The notes beneath the pieces are model-generated. The model had not been told where the DNA came from and ran no database searches. It saw nothing but the letters and a program-made list of their open reading frames with translations. A stretch of DNA of 64,000 nt from the human T2T-CHM13v2.0 reference genome, Homo sapiens, in assembly GCF_009914755.1 (NCBI RefSeq), contig NC_060946.1; one strand, given 5' to 3'. Position numbers and translations under genes: made by a program. This document shows, piece after piece, positions 49,370 to 64,000 of this stretch (positions within the stretch are counted from its first letter, which is position 1; every line of letters begins with the position of its first letter).

Positions 49370-49854
49370 ATAGGTACCTCAGTTGGAAATGCAGAAATCA
49401 CCTGTCTTCTGTGTCAATCACGCTGGGAGCTGCAGACTGGAGCTGTTCCTATTCGGCCATCTTGGATCCGGACCATCACCACAAAAACTTTTTTAAGTCC
49501 ATCAAGGAAACAGAAGTGATCTGTTGTTCCAGATTTGGGATAATAAAAGAACACGGGCTCTGACTTGGATCATGCTGTCCTCCTGTCCCGGCTCTGCTCC
49601 CCGCTTGCCTGTCACCCTCCTGGACCTCAGTGTCTTCAGCTGTCAGACAGCAGTAATGTCTCTTAGCATTATAGGCATTATTAGATAAAGGCAACATAAG
49701 TAAGACACCTAGCATGGTGTTCATGCTTAACAAATGCTTCTTGCTCTTGTCACCCCACACCTTTTGTTGGTTAAAACATGAAATCCACATATTTTACTTT
49801 ACCCAACTTGATTTAAAGGTATAAAAGACAAAATGAATGTCGAAAATGAAATCA

Positions 49855-51955
<2,101 letters not shown>

Positions 51956-52029
51956 GAATGATCATCTTTATCATGAAAATGAGTTATCTGCAGTTCTGCC
52001 CAAAGATGACCAGGGTGGTCTTATAGACT

Positions 52030-52730
52030 GAAGTGGGCTTCTCCAGCCCACAAATTCAAATGTTGAAGCCCTGGCCCTCAATGTGACTGCATTTGGAGAA
52101 GGGACTTTTAAGGAGATGATTAAAATGAAACGAAGTCAGCCGGGCGAGGTGGCTCACGCCTATAATCCCAGCACTTTGGGAGGCTGAGGTGGGTGGATCA
52201 CCTGAGGTCAGGAATTTGAGACCAGCGTGGCCAACATGGGGAAACCCCGTCTCTACTAAAAATACAAAAATTAGCCAGGCATGGTGGTGGGTGCCTGTAA
52301 TCATAACTACTCGGGAGGCTGAGGCAGAAGAATCACTTGAATCTGGGAGGTGGAAGCTGCAGTGAGCCAAGATCATGTCATTGTACTCCAGCCTAGGGAC
52401 AAGAGCAAAACTCCATCTCAAAAAAAAAAAAAAAAAAAAAAAAGGATTAAATGAGGTTCTAAGGATGGAGCCCTAATCTAATACAATGGGTGTCTTTGTA
52501 AGAAGAAGAGAAGAGACAGCAGGAGTGCACACAAAGAGGAAAGGCCATGTGAGGACACAGCCAGAGGCGGCCTTCTGCACACCAAGGAGAGAGGCCTCAG
52601 GAGAAACCAACCTTGCCAACATCTTGATCTTGGACTTCCAGCCTCCAGAACTTTGAGCAAATACATTTCTGTTGTTTAAGCCCCCAGGTCTGTGGTATTT
52701 TATGATAGCAGCCCCAGTTGATTAGTACCG
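52030..52730 (+). mobile_element. MLT1A/B-type MaLR LTR interrupted by AluS (52139-52443)
   Basis: 'aatgtgactgcatttggaga', 'gaggcctcaggagaaaccaac', 'ttggacttccagcctccagaact', 'ttctgttgtttaagcc'. Confidence 0.88.
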
Positions 52731-52911
52731 ATAGTCAATGGCTACAGGGGACGATTCTGTCAGTACACTAAGCTGTGGGCAATGGTGCCACAGAACACAT
52801 GGGGGCACCTTTAGAGAGCTTCAAATTCATGCCAAGATTTGCAGGGAACATTGTTTTCATGTTGGGACAAATACAGATAATTTATGGGATACAATGCACA
52901 ATTCACTTGAC

Positions 52912-56252
<3,341 letters not shown>

Positions 56253-56777
56253 TAGTGTAGGAAGCTGGTTCGAGATCAATTGTCTTTGTGTGTTGATCTG
56301 GAAAATATATCAGAAAACTTAGCTGGAGAATGAAGGTAGTATTTTCTACTGTTTTCTCTGGGATGTTCTAGACACTGGCACTGGAAATAGCTCTGGTGGC
56401 CTGAAGAGCCTTGCACAGTAGGGAGCCCTAATGTTTGCTGATAAACAAATCCCACTGTGATTTGTTGGGGGTATATTTCCTGTCTTCTTTACTCTGCAAT
56501 CAGCCAAAAGTATGCCGGTGATGGTTGTTGACTAGCAGTAGCTAACAGTGCCTAAGACTTTTTCTCTGGAATCAGACTGCCTGGTTTGAATCCTGGGTCC
56601 ACCAATGAGGAGCTGCAGGACCTGGGGCAAGTTGCTCTTGACGCTTATTTCCTCTCCTGTGTGTTCTAATATTTTGAATAGAGAGTACTAACTAACAGGA
56701 AGAGAGCACATCAGACCTTCCCCACCATGGCCCAAGAATGTGGAATCACATTCTTGTCAATATTGTCAGCTCACAGA

Positions 56778-57114
56778 GTATTATCAGTTATCTATTGCTG
56801 TGTAATAGATGATTAGAAATTGAGCTGCAAGGCCAGGCGCAGTGGCTCACTCCTGTAATCCCAACACTTTGGGAGGCCAAGGCCGGCAGAGCACCTGAGG
56901 TCGGGAGTTTGAGACCAGCCTGGCCTACATGGTGAAACCCCGTCCCTATTAAAAATACAAAAATTAGCCAAGCGTGGTGGTGGATGCCTGTAATCCCAGC
57001 TACTAGCGAGGCTGAGGCAGGAGAATCGCTTGAACCCGGGAGGCGGGGTTTCAGTGAGCCGAGATTGTGCCATTGCACACCAGCCTGGGCGACGAAGCGA
57101 GGCTCCGTCTCAAA

Positions 57115-57148
<34 letters not shown>

Positions 57149-57172
57149 GGAGGGAGAGGGAGAGAGAGAGAG

Positions 57173-57207
<35 letters not shown>

Positions 57208-57320
57208 GAGCTGCTTAAAACAATAATTATTCATTTTTTCTCTGTTTCTAAGGGTCAGGAATCCAGGCATGGCTTAGGTGGCCTCTCCTTAGGTTGCAGT
57301 CAAGATGTGAGCTAGAGTTT
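56778..57320 (-). mobile_element. Older MLT1 (F/G/H-like) LTR fragment split by a sense AluS with (GAAA)/(GA)n tail
   Basis: 'tcagttatctattgctgtgtaa...gcttaaaacaa...gggtcaggaatccaggcatggcttag...gttgcagtcaagatg'. Confidence 0.7.
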
Positions 57321-57639
57321 TAGTCCAGTCTGGGAAGTGAAATCCCATCACTTTCGCCCCTCTCGTCAGTGAGGCGTTTGAGTCCCAGAAAGATGAGGTA
57401 ATTCGCCTAATCACCGCCATCTTCTCCTTGCAAAGCTGACCTGACCATTTTCTGAAGACTGTTCTGTAGGGTAGGGATAAGGTTTCAGGTGCCTGGGGTG
57501 CGGCAGAAGGAAGAAGGCAAGGGGAATGCCGTTTTGCAACTGAGCTGTGGCCCAGAGCTGGGCGAGACAGCGAGCTCTGTCTCAAAAAAAAGAAAACACA
57601 GGTATCTTACAGGGGCCGGGGCAGGCAGGTAATATAAAT

Positions 57640-58770
<1,131 letters not shown>

Positions 58771-58772
58771 AA

Positions 58773-58985
58773 ATACATGTGTATGTATGCATGTATACAT
58801 GTGCCTGCATGCATGTATATGTATACATGTGTATGTATCCATATGTATGTACATGTGTGTATGCACGCACACATGCACATATATGTACACGTGTATGGAC
58901 GTGTATGCATATGCGCACACATACATATGTATATGCATGTGTGTGTACTTATTTATGCATGCACATGTATGCATATGTACACACT
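58773..58985. repeat. ~210-bp alternating purine-pyrimidine (CA/TG/TA) tract
   Basis: atacatgtgtatgtatgcatgtatacat... Confidence 0.92.
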
Positions 58986-59965
58986 GGCCTTACTCTTGAA
59001 CACAAGCCCAAGTTTCAGCTCTTTACAGTCTAAAGTGCAGGCCCTCTCCTGACAAGGCTGTCTGCACTCAGGCATTCCCACGCTCTTCTCCCCTTCACTC
59101 TTACTCCTACCTCACCCCTACCTCGTGCCTGCCTCCTACAAAGCCCCACAATACCCATGGCCAGGACAATTGGCTGGACCCCTGCTCAGAGAACCTCACA
59201 CACCAGTCTCCGTGAACATGAAAAGCTGGTTGGAAAAGGGACAGACTTGGGGACATGTTCTTCTGTTGGACCACGCTTCAAGGATGTGATGGAGCTTGAG
59301 GAGACACCTGTGCAGTCACGTTGTCTCAAACCAACAGCTTTGCGGAAACTCAGTAATGACAACCAGACAGTGTGGCAGAGTGGCAGGAGCAGGCAGTTTG
59401 GATTCAAGCATGTGTGGGCTCAACTCCAGGCTCTAGTACCTACTGTCTGTGTGGCCTTAGTCACCTCATCCATAAACAGGGGACAACAGAATCTACCTTA
59501 CTGTGCAGATAATATTTTCATGAAGTGCCTCTAACCTGGAATGGCATCAGTAATCGTGGCAGGGACTATGACAGACCCACTTCTACCATTTCTTCGTCTG
59601 AAATCTCTCTTGGATTTTTCCTTCTCATTACTCCCAGGCCTGGCCTCACCTGCGGGTGCCTGAGTCTCTGACCCTGTCTTCTGGCAGCTCTCGTGCCAGA
59701 AGTGGGCTCTGCCCCACTCAACACCACTTTCCCCTGTCTTTCAGCTCTGTCCGTGTGCAGCCAGACCAACCTTCCTTGGTCGCCTCTCTATTTCGCCAAG
59801 CCACTTTCCGGTTGTCATGCTGCCTCCCAGTTGCCTGTGGCACTGGGCACAATGCCTCTGTGCAGAGCCTCTCACAGCCTTAGCCTCCTCCTCAGCATCC
59901 CTGGCTCACACATTCCCATCTGGACAACCTACCTCTTCGCTGCCCTCCAGTTCCTGGGCTCCTGT

Positions 59966-61171
<1,206 letters not shown>

Positions 61172-61199
61172 CTAGGGTGAGGTGGGAAAGGTAGAATGA

Positions 61200-61705
61200 A
61201 CGCAGTGGGCCTGTTTGGTTGGATTAATCTTCAGCTGCCTTTTACAAGAAATGCACCCCTCCACGTGCCCCTGTGCACAGGGAAGGGCTGCAACCGCCAT
61301 GTCTGTGCTAAAACTCCGTCCTCCCTGGCCGTAAGTGACACCAGGCACAAGCTGCTACTCAGATCTTCTTACTTGTGAACTTGGAATTGGGGTTCATGGG
61401 TGCTGGTTACTCTCTACAACTGAAGATTTAAACTTGGGGATCTAGGACGGGAGCCTCCACCATGTGCCAAGCATGCGGGAGAGGGAGAACGGAACCCAGG
61501 CTCACAGTAGAGAAGAGCAGGCCATCGCCCCATGGAGACTGTGAGCGTTTCTCGGGTTCCGATTTGTTCCTTGTGAAGCCTGACCAGATGTTCCACCATT
61601 GGTTTTATGAGATTTACTCATATCCTTATAATGAGCTTTCCCCTTTTTTTGTTTTATCCGTGTGTGTTTCAGTTACTAAAAACCAAAAGTGTTTGACCAA
61701 GACCC
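61200..61705 (+). mobile_element. Old ERVL-class LTR (LTR16-like)
   Basis: 3' end 'gtttcagttactaaaaaccaaaagtgtttgaccaagac'; internal 'gaacttggaattgggg'. Confidence 0.5.
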
Positions 61706-61959
61706 AGAGCCCTAAACATCGGAATTTATGAAAAGAGGGGGCTCTGAGACACCCCTTTAACCACAGTACAGTGTGGGAAGTACCTGGACATCAGGCTGGA
61801 AGGGCAGGTTGTAGACACGTTGTGGAGGCCCTTAAATGCCTTCTGTTCAAAGTGGGATAGTATTGCTCACTGTGAACTAAGAACTATGGAGGTTTTGTGC
61901 AGATGAGTAATTCACAGCTTCAGAGGTGGGCTGCAGAGAGCGAAGTCTGGATGGGGGGC

Positions 61960-62170
61960 CTCAGAGCTTGGATTCGAAACCCATCTGGTAAATGGCAGCA
62001 TTTTCCAGCTACGTTTCTAGACCTTGGTCAAATTACCTAACCTCTTTACCTTAAGTTTCTGCATTTATAAAATGAGAATATTAATGCTTAGCTCATAAGA
62101 TTTGAGGGGAAATTATATGAAATAATAAGTTGGCAAATACTAAGCACTCAAATGTTAACTATTATTATTT
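61960..62170 (+). mobile_element. MIR
   Basis: 'gaccttggtcaaattacctaacctctttaccttaagtttctgcatttataaaatgagaata'. Confidence 0.75.
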
Positions 62171-62669
62171 TTATTTCTCTAAATTCCTGTGACACTTACT
62201 GCCAACACCTACACATTAGCCTTACTTATTTTTGAATAATTTCAAGTATGCTGATCTTGTCTCACAATCAGACCAAAAGCCTCTATGCAAGGATAATGTC
62301 TTAAAGTCCTTTCTATCTCTCCTAATTCCTATATGAGCTTCTGGGCGCAGAGATGAAGAACTCAATATCATTGATTGGTTGTTGGGGAGCAGCAAAACCA
62401 CTCTGTCTAAGACAGTAGTTAGTGGCTGGTAAACATTTCCACATGTTGTCTCCTCATGAACTGATGGTCTAGGTTTGGGGCTTAGCAGGAAAATGACCAC
62501 ATTACTGAAGCCACTTCCCAAATTACAAGATTTAATGAGCCAAGGAAATTAAATTATTCTCTAAAGTGTACTTTCTGGTTTAGATTATGACTTGATTGCC
62601 ACATTTGTTACCACCAAATCTTTAGGGAAAATTCCACACAGATACAAATAGACGTGGGCTGAAAACACT

Positions 62670-64000
62670 ATCATTTTATTTATTCATTCACATTTATTAA
62701 GAATTTGCTATATGAAAGGTAAGTCTGATGCAAAGATGTACACAGACTATGATCCTTGCCCATAAATAGTTTGCTATCTATCAGGAAAGCAAAACTGCAG
62801 AAACAAATAATTACAATACAAGGCAGTATGTGATATGTATAATTAGAATGGCAGAATGTCTAAATGAACTAAAAGGAGTGAGAAGTCAGAAAAGGCCTCC
62901 TGAAAGAAGTATGTACACGGGGCTTTGAAGGATGAGCAGGATTCTCGTCTCTAGAGCTGGGTGAAGAGCTGTTTAAACTGGATGATATATGCAAAGACAG
63001 AGCTCACAGAAGTCCAGGTGGTTAGAACACGAGGTGTGCAGAGGGGTGCAGGAGGAGGAGACAGTTGAAAACCAGAGCCAGGAAAGCCTTCGACGCTAAG
63101 TTATGAGCTTGAATTTTGTATGTTAGACAAGTGGGGGATCTTAAGGTTTCAGAGTAAAAGAACGATGTGGCCTTTACTGTGTGATTTGTGATTAGTCGGT
63201 GGTTAAGTGTGGGTAGGAGACGCTAGAAGTCATGGGAATAGCCCAGCCGTGAAGTAAGGAGGCTGAAATTAGGCAGTAGCGTTAGAAATGGAAAGGGTAT
63301 AGGTAAGCAAAGGATTCATTAACTATTTGGTCATGGAAGCCTGGCGAAGCATTAAATAATGCGTTTTCCTGAGGTGATGCGTTGGGATGTAGCTGTGTTG
63401 ATTTGGTGCTGTCAGGACCACCCAGTAAACATCTGGCAGGCGCTCAAAATATGGCTGGAGCTCTGAAGGAAAGTCAGAACCAGCAGAGTCCTTCCCGTAC
63501 AAGCCCTTCCCCTGTGCGCCAGCTGAGTGAGCTGGGGGAGGGTCACGTACCAAAAGAAAGAAAACACCTAGGCCAGGTGCAGTGGCTCACGCCTGTAATC
63601 CTAGCACTTTGGGAGGCCGAGGCGGGCAGATCACGACGTCGGGAGTTCAAGACCAGCCTGACCAACATGATGAAACCCTGTCTCTACCAAAAATGCAAAA
63701 AATTAGCCTGGCGTAGTGGTGTGCGCCTGTAATCCCAGCTACTCAGGAGGCTGAAGCAGGAGAATCACTTGAACCCAGGTTGCTGGAGGTTGCAGTGAGC
63801 TGAGATCGCACCATCGCACTCCAGCTTGGGCAGCAAGAGTGAAACTCTGTCTCAAAAAAAAGAAAAGAAAAGAAAAGAAAAGAAAACACCTAGAGGAAAG
63901 AAGATAAGAGGCAAATCTGGGGTCATAGTCAGGGAACTGGAAAACGAGCCAGAGAGAGAATTCAAAGACAAAATAATTATTACTTATGTTGGTGAGTGTT
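62670..64000 (-). mobile_element. L2 fragment with a sense AluS (63570-63886, (AAAAG)n tail)
   Basis: 'tttattcattcacatttattaag' L2 tail antisense; Alu TSD agaaaacaccta. Confidence 0.65.

Larger units (their letters stand above)
47916..49470 (-). mobile_element. L1PA (about PA5-PA7 age): complete 5'UTR plus first half of ORF1, 3'-truncated
   Basis: Minus strand begins ccaagatggccgaataggaacagctcc (YY1 site). ORF1 ATG at 48433. Homology stops at the GVPESDGENG codons (~47916). Keeps the ~129-bp 5'UTR segment (~48585-48715) that is absent from the youngest L1PA subfamilies. Confidence 0.95.

Overview
Primate genomic DNA, almost certainly human. It is intergenic or deep-intronic and extremely Alu-rich: roughly 85 Alu elements or fragments by eye, about 35-40% of the window. 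Also present are MIR, L2, old L1M fragments, MaLR/ERVL LTRs, an ERVL pol fragment, hAT DNA transposons and the 5' part of one L1PA element. No confident protein-coding gene, tRNA, rRNA or CpG island is visible, and most supplied ORFs are Alu or simple-repeat translations. I cannot name the locus and I do not see a clearly new biological system. The best leads are: (i) a 3'-truncated L1PA that keeps its 5'UTR, with the antisense ORF0 frame embedded in a 197-aa open frame and pointing at a candidate downstream exon; (ii) a probable fossil Alu-Alu inversion revealed by an inverted target-site duplication; (iii) a five-copy CCAAT-box minisatellite inside an old LTR; (iv) Alu-poor enhancer-like islands with twin inverted octamers, an AP-1/NRF2 motif cluster and a perfect heat-shock element; (v) several small footprints of retrotransposition and repair mechanisms. 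Repeat subfamily names come from recalled consensus sequences and boundaries are approximate.
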